Shown here one piece after another: positions 49,000-59,003 of a stretch of 64,000 nucleotides of DNA; position 1 is the stretch's first letter; each line of letters opens with the position of its first letter. A program made the position numbers and the translations under genes. The notes under the pieces are model-generated. The model saw only the letters and a list, made by a program, of their open reading frames with translations. It searched no databases and was not told the origin of the DNA. Source of the DNA: Candidatus Latescibacterota bacterium (GTDB lineage: Bacteria; Latescibacterota; UBA2968; GCA-2709665). The stretch lies in NCBI GenBank assembly GCA_965208835.1, contig OZ242358.1, positions 3,456,001 through 3,520,000 on the forward strand, read 5' to 3'.

Positions 49000-49183
49000 G
49001 GCTGGTGGACAACGGTTTTCATCTGAAGTGAGGGCGCGGCCATTCCGCGTCGATTCCCGTCTCGTCATATGCAAGACCGACGGGGATGGGATTCCGGACT
49101 CCGGCGTCGTTCAGTACTCCGTAAGCCTGGTGCATTGATCAAATGACGGGACGGGCTCACGTCACCCGCTCGCGCCCGTGCCG

Positions 49184-50668
49184 CTATTGGAAGAACGGCT
49201 TCAAGTCCTCGATAACGGCCAGTACGCCAAAGTAGGTGAAGACGATACCGCACAGAATATTGAGCGTGACGAGCAATGGACCCATTCTGAACGGTTCGGG
49301 AAGGTATTTGCGATCGGCCCATACCATGGCAAAGCACCAGGGTCCGGCAAGAAGGACCCCGGTAATGTGGAGAGGAATCGTCATCATCGAAATCGGGTTC
49401 CAACCCACGCCGCGGGGGTCCAGGGTTGCCGTCCACCAGGCGTAGATCACGAGCCCGATCGCCGCAACGCCCGAATAGCAAAGCGTCCACAGGCGCATCT
49501 TGTCCAGGGTCAGATCCCGCCACTTCAACCGGGTGGATCGAACGCACTCGTGCGCGGTCCGCACGTAGAGTTCAAACGCGCCGTAGACCGTACCGAATAT
49601 CGCGAAGAAAACACCTGCCTTGTAAAGCGCCGACAGGAGGATTTGCGCCGTCTGGCCGGGATGAAGCTGTGTGAGGAATACGACCTGGTAGTTGTAGAGA
49701 TCCATTCCCGAGGGCACGATCCGATTCGTATGCAGGAGCGTTGCACCGAGAATGAGAAACGTCGCGGTGAACACGAGCACACTGCCGAAAGATACCGTAC
49801 AATCGATAAGCGGCGCCTTCAGCCACCCGCGCCCCAGCCGGACATTCCTGTCGTCCACGGCCAGCGCCGGCCTCCGGCTTCCGCCAGTCACCCTGCCGAT
49901 CAAACCCCAGGCCTTTTCTCTCAACATGCCCACGTATCCCACGTAGTCCTGCACACCGCCGCCCATAACGCCCATATATGCGACCATCTCCACGATCAGC
50001 GTACGATCGGCAAATGCCGGGTTTGTCTTGACCCATTGCGGGTATTCCGGCAGGGTAGGCGTGATCGCGCCGGTAAGTACCGACAGCCAGTCCGGATTGA
50101 CGGCAAATGTCGCGATCAGCATGACGACCAGCATCGACCCGACGAGTGTCAACTGAACCCGTTCCAGAAATCCGTAACTCTGCATAAGGGTCAACACCGC
50201 AAGCAGCACAATGAACAGGATTGCGATGGCATGGGGGTACATCCCCGGGTCACCGAACAGCACCCACGACGTGATCGTGCCGAGCATGATCGGCAGACTC
50301 GCAAGATAGAACGGGAATGCAACGATAACCACAACGCCGATTATACCGGGAAACAGCCCGCGCGGCCCGGGCAATGACGCCCACCGCTCCATCGGATGTT
50401 CGCCGGTGAGTGTCATGTACCGCGCCGCGGAGTAGACCTGCACGCCCTTCGTGAGACAGAAAAGACAGAATGCCCAGAACATCGCATAGCCGAAAATCGC
50501 CCCGCTGCGCGACGCCCAGACCGTCTCTCCACTCCCGATCGTTACCGACGCGATGACGGCTCCGGGTCCGAAGAACCTGAGAAAGTCCATCACACGCAGC
50601 GAGCTCAATTCCGGCGCCAATTCCGGAAATCGCTGTTTCTGTTCATCAGGATTCACGCGAACCCCCAA
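49184..50668 (-). CDS. Nramp-superfamily (MntH-like/APC-fold) transporter
   Basis: FGPGAVIASVTIGSGE, GAIFGY, RYMTLTGE; about 11 transmembrane segments. Confidence 0.78.
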   Translation of the reverse strand: MGVRVNPDEQKQRFPELAPELSSLRVMDFLRFFGPGAVIASVTIGSGETVWASRSGAIFGYAMFWAFCLFCLTKGVQVYSAARYMTLTGEHPMERWASLPGPRGLFPGIIGVVVIVAFPFYLASLPIMLGTITSWVLFGDPGMYPHAIAILFIVLLAVLTLMQSYGFLERVQLTLVGSMLVVMLIATFAVNPDWLSVLTGAITPTLPEYPQWVKTNPAFADRTLIVEMVAYMGVMGGGVQDYVGYVGMLREKAWGLIGRVTGGSRRPALAVDDRNVRLGRGWLKAPLIDCTVSFGSVLVFTATFLILGATLLHTNRIVPSGMDLYNYQVVFLTQLHPGQTAQILLSALYKAGVFFAIFGTVYGAFELYVRTAHECVRSTRLKWRDLTLDKMRLWTLCYSGVAAIGLVIYAWWTATLDPRGVGWNPISMMTIPLHITGVLLAGPWCFAMVWADRKYLPEPFRMGPLLVTLNILCGIVFTYFGVLAVIEDLKPFFQ

Positions 50669-50719
50669 CGTCTGCTCTTTCGCGCCACCGCGGGTGTACG
50701 CGGTCGAATCAGGAACGGT

Positions 50720-51685
50720 CTACCTGATTGCGAACGGATTTCCCGGCGATCCGGTGGCGCCCTTCAGCCGTAACGGCGCGAAGACGAACGCGAACTCGTA
50801 AACGCCGTCAGCCGCCAGGCCGTCCAGGTCCAGATTCTCGAGGATGTAGACGCCGTTACGCTGGATCAATAACTCGTGGACCCGGAACGCGCCTTCCGAG
50901 TCTTCACCGGGCACGGCCTCGACCGCCCATGTATCGGCGCCGACCATGACGATCTTCATTTCAAGCAGCCACCGCGCGGCCTCGAGCCCGATGCCCGGCT
51001 GGCCCGAGTTGTAGGTCTCGTTGTCGACCATCCACAGTTTTCCGTGGCCGGTTCGGATCAGCACGATGTCGCCTTCCGTGACCGAGACAGCCTGCTTCTT
51101 CAAGGCCCCTTCGATGTCGGCTGAGGTTATCACATAGCCTACTTCCAGCCGCTCCAGTCCCTTGTACTTCGCCACGTCCACCAGTACGCCGCGGGTGAAG
51201 ATGACACCGACGTTTTCGATTCCGAGTTTCTCCAGTCCGTATGCCGTCCCTACCTCTGACCGTGTAAATCCGTTGTAGAAGATGTCCTGATCGCCCCTAC
51301 GCGTACCGATGTGACCCAAACCGTCGAACTGGGTCCCCACCTGTCCGATCTCGCCGCTGAACATCTCGTCGTACCAGATCAGCTGGTTCTCTCCGACGGG
51401 ACCTCCGGTTGGCGAACCCGGAATGGTCAGACTGTAGTGCCGGTTGCCGAAGAGCGGAATGCCCGGCTCGTACACCCGTCCGAGCTGGTAGGTCTTGCCT
51501 TTCCGGATCAATCCCGCAGCCTCCATTACCTTCTGCGGGGTCAATCGGTTTGCCGCTCCTCGCTGGTCTTCCGGCCCCCACTCCGAAGGCCACCACTTGT
51601 CCCCTTCGGCCGCTTCTTCCGCGACGGCCGGCGTCATTGCGACGAGGCATCCCACAACCATCGCGCACAGATATCTTTTTCGCAT
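50720..51685 (-). CDS. Cyclase-family (kynurenine formamidase-like) metal hydrolase with signal peptide
   Basis: GTQFDGLGH, TRGVLVD, GDIVLIRTG, VGADTWAVE, GATGSP. Confidence 0.88.
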   Translation of the reverse strand: MRKRYLCAMVVGCLVAMTPAVAEEAAEGDKWWPSEWGPEDQRGAANRLTPQKVMEAAGLIRKGKTYQLGRVYEPGIPLFGNRHYSLTIPGSPTGGPVGENQLIWYDEMFSGEIGQVGTQFDGLGHIGTRRGDQDIFYNGFTRSEVGTAYGLEKLGIENVGVIFTRGVLVDVAKYKGLERLEVGYVITSADIEGALKKQAVSVTEGDIVLIRTGHGKLWMVDNETYNSGQPGIGLEAARWLLEMKIVMVGADTWAVEAVPGEDSEGAFRVHELLIQRNGVYILENLDLDGLAADGVYEFAFVFAPLRLKGATGSPGNPFAIR

Positions 51686-51911
51686 ACCCGCCTCCTCCAA
51701 GTCTGTTTTGGATAAAAACCGTATCGGCACAGAACGGAATTATGATAATACCCCCAATGACCAAAGGCAAGCGCGTAATGCGTATATTGACCCGACGAAC
51801 AGAAGCCTGTTGCGCCCGGAACGGGCGCATGCTATCTTGGACGCCGCCCTGAACGCGGCCCTGGAATCCGGGCGCAGATGCCGCAATTCCGGTCAAATGT
51901 GAGGCCTGCCG

Positions 51912-52931
51912 ATGAAGACCGAAAGACTCGGCCGAACCGGACTCGAAGTCCCAATTGTGGGCCTGGGTACCGGCTTTATCGGCATCGCTGACGCCAACCG
52001 CGCTGCGACCGAATACGACTTCATGGAATCGTGGACCACGGATCGGCCCATGTCATCCAGAGAAGTCTCCCCGCGGTCCAGCCATATGGAGGCCGAACTG
52101 GGAATTGCAACGGTGCACGCGGCGATCGAAGCGGGCTCCACGCTGATCGACACCGCTCCACTGTACGGTTCGGGCAACAGCGAATCCATTATCGGCGAGG
52201 CCCTCCGGCAACGCCCCGACCTTGCGGAACGGTGCACGGTCACGACAAAGGTCGGGCAGACGGCGGCCGGGCCGGACCATTCCTACGACGCCGTGATGCG
52301 GCATGTCGAGGCGAGCCGGCAGCGGCTGGGAATCGACGCCTTCGACGTCCTCTACATCCACGATGCCATGGACATTCCCAGCGAGGAAGTCATGGGAAAG
52401 GACCGTGCACTCGGCGCCCTGCGAAAACTCCAGGATACGGGCGTTACGCGTTTTGTCGGTACCGCCACCAATGACCCCCACACCAACGCCTGGTACATTG
52501 AAACGGGGGAATTCGATGCCGCCGTGGTTCCCGAGGCGCTCAGCCTGATCAATCAGCTTGCGGAAGACCGGATTCTGCCGGCGGCGGTCAGACACGACGT
52601 GGGTCTCGTGATTGCCACGCCGGTTGAACGGGGACTGCTTGCCACAGGCCCGACGGACGGCATCAACTACCTCGCACGCAGCTTCAGCCAGTCCTGCCTG
52701 GACCACGTGGCAAGCGTCCAGGACCTTTGCAACGGCCACGGCGTACCGCTGGTTGCGGCGGCTCTGCAATGGTGCACGCGTCATCCGCAGGTGGCCGCCA
52801 CCATACCCGGCGCCCGGGTCCCGGCGGAAGCACGGGCGAATGCTGCCGCCGGAGACGTCGAAATTCCTGAGACATTCTGGAAAGAACTCGCCCCCCTCAT
52901 CCGCCACTTCGAAGCCGACGTTGACCGGTAA
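51912..52931 (+). CDS. Aldo/keto reductase (D-threo-aldose dehydrogenase-like)
   Basis: LGRTGLEV, IDTAPLYGSGNSE, TTKVG, LYIHD. Confidence 0.9.
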   Translation: MKTERLGRTGLEVPIVGLGTGFIGIADANRAATEYDFMESWTTDRPMSSREVSPRSSHMEAELGIATVHAAIEAGSTLIDTAPLYGSGNSESIIGEALRQRPDLAERCTVTTKVGQTAAGPDHSYDAVMRHVEASRQRLGIDAFDVLYIHDAMDIPSEEVMGKDRALGALRKLQDTGVTRFVGTATNDPHTNAWYIETGEFDAAVVPEALSLINQLAEDRILPAAVRHDVGLVIATPVERGLLATGPTDGINYLARSFSQSCLDHVASVQDLCNGHGVPLVAAALQWCTRHPQVAATIPGARVPAEARANAAAGDVEIPETFWKELAPLIRHFEADVDR

Positions 52932-52938
52932 CCGTCTC

Positions 52939-53829
52939 ATGTCTCTGAAACTGACCCTTCTTGGCACCGGCACCCCGACCCCGCTTGCCCATCGTGCGGG
53001 CTCAGGCTATCTCGTGACGTTCGACGATGAGGTCCTGCTGTTCGACTGCGGACCGGGTATTGCAAGACGCCTCCTCGAAGCGGGAGTACCTCCCGAAGCG
53101 CTGACACGCCTGTTTCTTACCCACCTCCACTACGATCACAGTGTGGACTACGCGTGCATCGTGCTCACGCGCTGGGACCAGGGCGCAGGAAAGGTCCCCG
53201 AGCTCCACGTCTACGGACCGGCCCCGCTGAAACGCATGACGGAGAGGCTCCTGGGGTCCGATGGCGCCTTCGGGCCGGACCTGGAGGCGAGGACACGGCA
53301 CCCGGGAAGCGAGTTCGTCTACGAACGGCGCGGGGGAATCCTTCCCCGGAAACGCCCCGAGCCCATCGTCACCGAAGTGGCGGACGGCTCGAGCATTCAG
53401 GCTGGAAACTGGCAGGTCGAAACGGCCGAAGTCGTGCATGTTCAACCGCAGCTTACGTGCCTGGCCTACCGGCTGGACACCCCGTACGGAACGGTCGTCT
53501 TCGGCGGAGATACGGCGCCCACGGGCAGCCTTACGGACCTGGCGCAGGGCGCGGACGTGCTCATCCACATGTGCCACTTGATCAACGATGTGGAACTGGA
53601 TCCGCGCATCACGGGATGCTGCTCCGGACACCTGGACGCCGCGCGGACCGCCCGCGATGCGGACGTCGGCACGCTGGTCCTGACCCACATTACCGAACAG
53701 CTGGAACCGCCCGGCATCCGGGAGCGCCTCGTGGCCGAAGCCGCACACATCTTCAATGGGCGGATCGTCTTTGCGGAGGATCTGACTGACGTATCCGTGG
53801 GTGCCGTCGACCCGGAGCCCATCCGATAG
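52939..53829 (+). CDS. Metallo-beta-lactamase fold hydrolase (RNase Z/arylsulfatase AtsA-like)
   Basis: LLGTGTP, FDCGPG, THLHYDH, GGDT, LVLTH. Confidence 0.88.
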   Translation: MSLKLTLLGTGTPTPLAHRAGSGYLVTFDDEVLLFDCGPGIARRLLEAGVPPEALTRLFLTHLHYDHSVDYACIVLTRWDQGAGKVPELHVYGPAPLKRMTERLLGSDGAFGPDLEARTRHPGSEFVYERRGGILPRKRPEPIVTEVADGSSIQAGNWQVETAEVVHVQPQLTCLAYRLDTPYGTVVFGGDTAPTGSLTDLAQGADVLIHMCHLINDVELDPRITGCCSGHLDAARTARDADVGTLVLTHITEQLEPPGIRERLVAEAAHIFNGRIVFAEDLTDVSVGAVDPEPIR

Positions 53830-53895
53830 CCGGTACAAACCGGCCGCGATCGACCCGCCTTCAGACAAACGACTCTTACTTCAAGAGGTTTCCAG

Positions 53896-55260
53896 GTGAA
53901 AGCCATCATCCTGGCCGCCGGCAAAGGGGACCGCTTCTATCCCTTCAGCCACTACCGGCCCAAACCCATGTTTCCCATCTGTAACCGGCCCTTGCTGGAG
54001 TGGAGCGTCGAACGCATCGCCGCCGCGGGCATCACCGACGTCGGCATCGTTGTCGGCCATCGGCAGGGCCGGATACGCAGCCACTTTTCCGACGGCCGCC
54101 GGTTCGGATGCGGAATCACCTATATCGAACAGGGGGAACAACTCGGCACGGCCCACGCCGTATGCGCCGCCGCAGGATTTATCGGGAGCGACGACTTCCT
54201 TGTCGTGTACGGCGACCTCTTCTTCGAACCGACGGTCCTTTCTCAACTCCTGGACGCATTCAACGGCCGTTCCATTGCCGCCGTACACCACAGCGAGCAG
54301 CTCAACCGTTGCATCCGCATTGAAACCGATACCGCGGGAAATGTCGTCGATTACACGTGGAAGCCCCGTTCATCCACCGGCACGGCGCTGTCGGGCCTGT
54401 TCGTTTTCAAGAACGAGGCGCTCCAGGACCTTGGCAATACGTCGGACTTTGTTACCAACGTCCAGAACGGTGTCACACCCCCGGAGGGCCACGAGATCGC
54501 CGATGCCCTGGCGCTCATGAACCGGGAAGGCCGGGCCGCCGCCGCCGTCGGCATTGACGGTGTCTGCTTCGATATGGACATGCCCTGGGAGCCCCAGTCG
54601 GTCTGCCGTCTGGCCGTACGGGAAATGGCCCTGCGCCTGCAGGCCTCCAGTATAGCCGCCACCGCGCGGGTCGATTCCGATGCGCACATCGACGGCCCGG
54701 TGTTCGTGGACGAAGGCGCGACCATCTCAAAAGGGGCACGTATCAGCGGACCCGTCTGGATCGGCAGAAACACGCACGTTCTCGAAGGCTCCCAGATTTC
54801 CTCGCACACGGTCATCGGTGACGACTGCAGAATCGGGCCCTTCGCGAAGGTCTCCGGCTTTGTCGACCGCAACAACCACATCACCTTTCTGGGAGAATTC
54901 AGCGGCGTCATTCTGGCGGGCGGCCGCATTACCCACCAGATGCAGATCGCCGGCATCTACGGGGAAGGCGCGGAGTTCGGGGCCGGCACCCAGGTGGGCA
55001 CGCTTCGATTCGACGACGGGCCGACGCAGGTGGAAGTGAGGGGCATCCGTCATCCGGCGCCAGGTTTTTCGGGGGCCCTGTTCGGCGACTACGCACGCAC
55101 CGGTGTAGGAACCATACTGATGCCGGGCCGCATTGTCGGCCCCGGCGCCATGGTCGGCCCCGGCGTGGTTCTGATGAACAACGCGCCTCCGCACAAAGCC
55201 GTCATCCTGAAACAGCAGCATCAGGAAATCGACTGGGGACCGGAGATTTACGACCATTGA
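53896..55260 (+). CDS. Sugar-phosphate nucleotidyltransferase with left-handed beta-helix (bifunctional GlmU-like)
   Basis: AIILAAGKGDR..P....PKPM, QLGTAHA, VYGD; hexapeptide repeats; GAGTQVGTLRFD. Confidence 0.85.
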   Translation: MKAIILAAGKGDRFYPFSHYRPKPMFPICNRPLLEWSVERIAAAGITDVGIVVGHRQGRIRSHFSDGRRFGCGITYIEQGEQLGTAHAVCAAAGFIGSDDFLVVYGDLFFEPTVLSQLLDAFNGRSIAAVHHSEQLNRCIRIETDTAGNVVDYTWKPRSSTGTALSGLFVFKNEALQDLGNTSDFVTNVQNGVTPPEGHEIADALALMNREGRAAAAVGIDGVCFDMDMPWEPQSVCRLAVREMALRLQASSIAATARVDSDAHIDGPVFVDEGATISKGARISGPVWIGRNTHVLEGSQISSHTVIGDDCRIGPFAKVSGFVDRNNHITFLGEFSGVILAGGRITHQMQIAGIYGEGAEFGAGTQVGTLRFDDGPTQVEVRGIRHPAPGFSGALFGDYARTGVGTILMPGRIVGPGAMVGPGVVLMNNAPPHKAVILKQQHQEIDWGPEIYDH

Positions 55261-57020
55261 GGCGGATGATGCGACGGGACCATATCGAGGCAGAGATTCG
55301 ACGGCGCGCAGATGGTTACAAGCCCCAGACCCATCTGATTGCCGACTATTACAGGGTTCGGAGGAAAATCGCGTACCCCCTCCCGATCCGCGAGATCTAC
55401 CTGCCCGGATTGCCGATCCCGGGCATCCAGACGTATCCATGGGCCACCTGGATGACGTGGAGCCTGGAAGAGCGGATTCTGAGCCTCGGTTGGGCGGCGT
55501 CATGGTTCAGTGACGGGGAGGCCCGCCGGTTGGCCGTTGCCGGTCTTGACGCGCTGGCCGAATGGCCGTGCTACCGGCAGATGCCGATGCCCGACCTGAG
55601 TTCGGGTCACGCGCTGCGTATCCTCTGGCACGCCTCTACCCGCTGGGACTGGCTTCCCCCGCGCATGCGAGGGAAGATCGAGCACGCGTTTCTCCGACAC
55701 ATAGCGGACACACTCCCGTTGTCCGAAGCCAGGCATGGCGCGTATGCGTGCAAGGACGATATCCTCGCGTTGGAAGCGCCCAATACCGCGCTGCACAACA
55801 TCCCGTTCATCGGCACGGTCGGTCTCGCCCTTGCCGCGAACGGCATCTCGCACCCCGCCGCCGACACATTGAACCGCAGGCTGGAGGCGCTCCTGGGGGC
55901 GATCCTGGACCTGCGCTCCTGGGGCCATTCGGAAGGAATCGGTTACGACGGATATATCCTGGACTTCGCCGCCGATTGGCTGGATACGCTCTCCCCAACC
56001 AGACGCAACGCCCTGATGGAACATTCCCGATTCGGGGACGTCCTCGATGAGTCCATCGCCCTGGGAGCACCGGGCGACGTCGCGAATATCGCCCAGCTGA
56101 GCGACGCCGAACCCCGGGAGATGCCGTTTCATATATCCGGCCATGCCAAACTCTTCCGGCACCGGGCGTCGCCGCGTACGGGCTGGTACCTGAAACGCTG
56201 CGGCCTTCCCTGGCTGCGAGCAGACGCACTGGCGGCGCTTCACGGGATTGACGACGATCAAGAATTTGAACCGCCCCAGGCAGGGGCCATCGACGCGCAC
56301 TACGCGGTTGTACTCAGAAGCGGATGGGAGCCGGACGACCTGGCCGTGGCCATGGCCGCGAGCAACTCGAAGATGAGCCACGTTCAAAACGACAACGGGA
56401 CCATCGTCATCGGCGCACGGGGCCGCTGGCCGGTATCGGACCCCGGCTATCAGCAGTATATGAAGAAACGAGAACGCGAATTCACCCTGGGGCTCACGGC
56501 GCACAATGCGCCTGTGATCAACGGGATGGCGCAGGCGGGGAAACCGGCGGACCGACGGGTGGTTCTGCGGCGGTGCGGCGGAACGACGTATTCGGCAGAA
56601 CTGGACCTGACCGACTGCTATCCAGCGGAGCTGGCGTTGGACCGGGTCGTCAGAACGCTGTGGCTTTCAGACAGGGACCTGGTGGTCGCCGCCGACCGCG
56701 TGCGAGGCGCCTCCGTCGAGTCCGTCACCTACCACTGGCACGGACATCCGGACGCGGCCTGGTGGGTACAGGACAATATGGCGCGCATCTACGCGCCCGA
56801 CCTTACGTTCTGGATCGGCTCGCCCCAGGCCCGGATCACAGACGGGAACGTCGACCGCCTCCCCGGTTCCAGGGGCCAACTCACGCTGGTCGCGAACGCA
56901 GACCCGGCCGCACCCTGTGTCTGGTGGGTATTTGCGAAGGGCGATATTCAGCCCGTCATGACCCTGCACGATCGTGGACGCGGGATTCGCGTCGACGGCC
57001 GCGATTTTGAAAATTCCTGA
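55257..57020 (+). CDS. Heparinase II/III-family protein
   Basis: EGIGYDGY, VLRSGW, SHVQNDNG, SDPGY, TAHNAPVING. Confidence 0.75.
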   Translation: MRRMMRRDHIEAEIRRRADGYKPQTHLIADYYRVRRKIAYPLPIREIYLPGLPIPGIQTYPWATWMTWSLEERILSLGWAASWFSDGEARRLAVAGLDALAEWPCYRQMPMPDLSSGHALRILWHASTRWDWLPPRMRGKIEHAFLRHIADTLPLSEARHGAYACKDDILALEAPNTALHNIPFIGTVGLALAANGISHPAADTLNRRLEALLGAILDLRSWGHSEGIGYDGYILDFAADWLDTLSPTRRNALMEHSRFGDVLDESIALGAPGDVANIAQLSDAEPREMPFHISGHAKLFRHRASPRTGWYLKRCGLPWLRADALAALHGIDDDQEFEPPQAGAIDAHYAVVLRSGWEPDDLAVAMAASNSKMSHVQNDNGTIVIGARGRWPVSDPGYQQYMKKREREFTLGLTAHNAPVINGMAQAGKPADRRVVLRRCGGTTYSAELDLTDCYPAELALDRVVRTLWLSDRDLVVAADRVRGASVESVTYHWHGHPDAAWWVQDNMARIYAPDLTFWIGSPQARITDGNVDRLPGSRGQLTLVANADPAAPCVWWVFAKGDIQPVMTLHDRGRGIRVDGRDFENS

Positions 57021-57042
57021 ACTTGATATAAGGAACCCTTGA

Positions 57043-58986
57043 ATGAACGCTTCGAAGATCTGTGACGTGCCCTTCCTGGCGCCCTCCAATTCCACCGGGG
57101 AGCTCATCTTCGACCCCGGACTCGGCCGCCGCGTACTCTACCAGTCCATGTTTTCCGCGGTCCCCGGCCGACCGCCGGCTCTGGTACGCACAGACTTCGA
57201 GCACCACGAATATGCGTCATTCGCCCAACCGGAAGGCAGGGGGACGTGGAAGGTCCGTCTCCTTTCCGACAACAAGCTCTGGTTTGGAATGAACGGTCCC
57301 GGGCAACTCGCCTGCTTCAACCCGATGACCGAGTCCTGGGAAGGCGTTCCGCCGCATCGTCCGTCCTCGAAGAACACCCATCTCACGGACGTGGTCGAAG
57401 GACCGGACGGACGATTGTACATGCCTGGCTACCCCTCCGGCAACTGTGTGAGTTTTGACCGGGGCACCGGCGAATACAGGGACGTCCCCGTGGCGGAAAG
57501 CAACCACCAGCTCTTCGCCGCCTGTGTCACCGACGGCGGAAACATCGGCATTCTTAACGGCCTCCAGCACGGCGTCTATTCGTTCGACCCCCGTACGAAT
57601 GACGTCAATGTCGTGTCGCCGCCCCACCTGACAGGCCGGCCTGATGCCTACAGCGGCTTCCTGCGGCTCGGGGACCAGTTCCTTGTCACCGTCGGCGATC
57701 CTGAGGGCGGTATTGAATTCTGTCGGTTTTCCGCGCTCGACCTCAGCTTCCTCGGTTCTTTCGTCGTGAAGACCGCGATCACGTCCGGACGGAACCTGAT
57801 GGCCTCGCCGGACGGCCGCCCTTTCCTGAGCGTGGACGACGGTTACATCTACGCCATCGACCTCGAATCACATGCGGCCGACCTCGTTTGCCGCATCCCT
57901 TACGTTCCAAGCCGCGGCAACTACTATTTCCTCGACGAGCATCGGGTCCTCTTCGCCGGCCATTCGCAGTATTACGGCATCTGCGACATCAGGACCGCCG
58001 AACTCGATCTCCACCGGACCGAGATCGAGAATCCCCCCATCGGCATCTTCTCCATCCTGCCGGCATCTTCCGGGGACATCTACTGCTCGGCCCATCTGGG
58101 CCTTTCCCTCACGCGTGTGGAACCTGAGACGAAACGGGCGGACGTGCTGGGCCTGACGTACAACGGTTCCGGCGAAATCTACGGCAGCGCCGAAGCCCGC
58201 GGCGACATTTACAGCATCTCGTACACTCACAACGTCCTCACCGTGTACAATCCGAATCGACCCTGGCGGCCCGGACCGGCGGAGGGCGACAACCCCCGGA
58301 ATCTGGGCCCGATGGGCGACGAGCAGTACCGCCCCGTCACCGGCATTCTCAATGGACCGGGCAACAGACTCTACGTCGGATCCATGCCTGACTACGGGGC
58401 CCGCGGCGGCGCGCTTTCCGTTGTCAATCCGGAAGACAACAGCCACAAGTCGTACCGGCACCTGGTTCCCGACCATTCCATCCTGGGTCTGGCCGCAGGC
58501 CCCGAACACGTATACCTCGGTACCAGCATCGTCGCGGACGGCTACATCCGGCCCGCCGAGGGCAACGCCCGCTTTCTGATTTTCGATCCGGAAAACGAAA
58601 CGGTCGTGTACGAACGGGAAATCGACGGCGCCCGGAGTCTCATCACGATGGGATGCAGCGCCGGCCGCGTCTTCTTCTGGACCGACGACCACGAGGGCGG
58701 CAGCCGTCTCTTCGGGATCCGCCTTTCGGACCGCGCCGTCAACGCCCTCAGCACTCCGTTCACCAGCGGCAGGCCCCACAACCGGCCGATGGTGGCAGAC
58801 GCGAACGGCGATCTCTACTTCACCCACGGCAACCGCATCGTCCGCCTCGACCCCGGAACCGAAACGCTCACCGTCGCGCACTCGACGGGACGCGGCCAGA
58901 ACCCCATTCTGGGCACCGCACCCGACGGGATCCTCTTTGCCCAAGGACATGAACTCTGGCGCCTTTCGCCGGAACAGCCGCAATAG
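57043..58986 (+). CDS. Double beta-propeller (Vgb/WD40-like) protein
   Basis: Repeated GPDGRLY / GPGNRLYVG / DANGDLYF and xxFDP blade motifs. Confidence 0.75.
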   Translation: MNASKICDVPFLAPSNSTGELIFDPGLGRRVLYQSMFSAVPGRPPALVRTDFEHHEYASFAQPEGRGTWKVRLLSDNKLWFGMNGPGQLACFNPMTESWEGVPPHRPSSKNTHLTDVVEGPDGRLYMPGYPSGNCVSFDRGTGEYRDVPVAESNHQLFAACVTDGGNIGILNGLQHGVYSFDPRTNDVNVVSPPHLTGRPDAYSGFLRLGDQFLVTVGDPEGGIEFCRFSALDLSFLGSFVVKTAITSGRNLMASPDGRPFLSVDDGYIYAIDLESHAADLVCRIPYVPSRGNYYFLDEHRVLFAGHSQYYGICDIRTAELDLHRTEIENPPIGIFSILPASSGDIYCSAHLGLSLTRVEPETKRADVLGLTYNGSGEIYGSAEARGDIYSISYTHNVLTVYNPNRPWRPGPAEGDNPRNLGPMGDEQYRPVTGILNGPGNRLYVGSMPDYGARGGALSVVNPEDNSHKSYRHLVPDHSILGLAAGPEHVYLGTSIVADGYIRPAEGNARFLIFDPENETVVYEREIDGARSLITMGCSAGRVFFWTDDHEGGSRLFGIRLSDRAVNALSTPFTSGRPHNRPMVADANGDLYFTHGNRIVRLDPGTETLTVAHSTGRGQNPILGTAPDGILFAQGHELWRLSPEQPQ

Positions 58987-59003
58987 AGAATTGGTACCCC
59001 TCC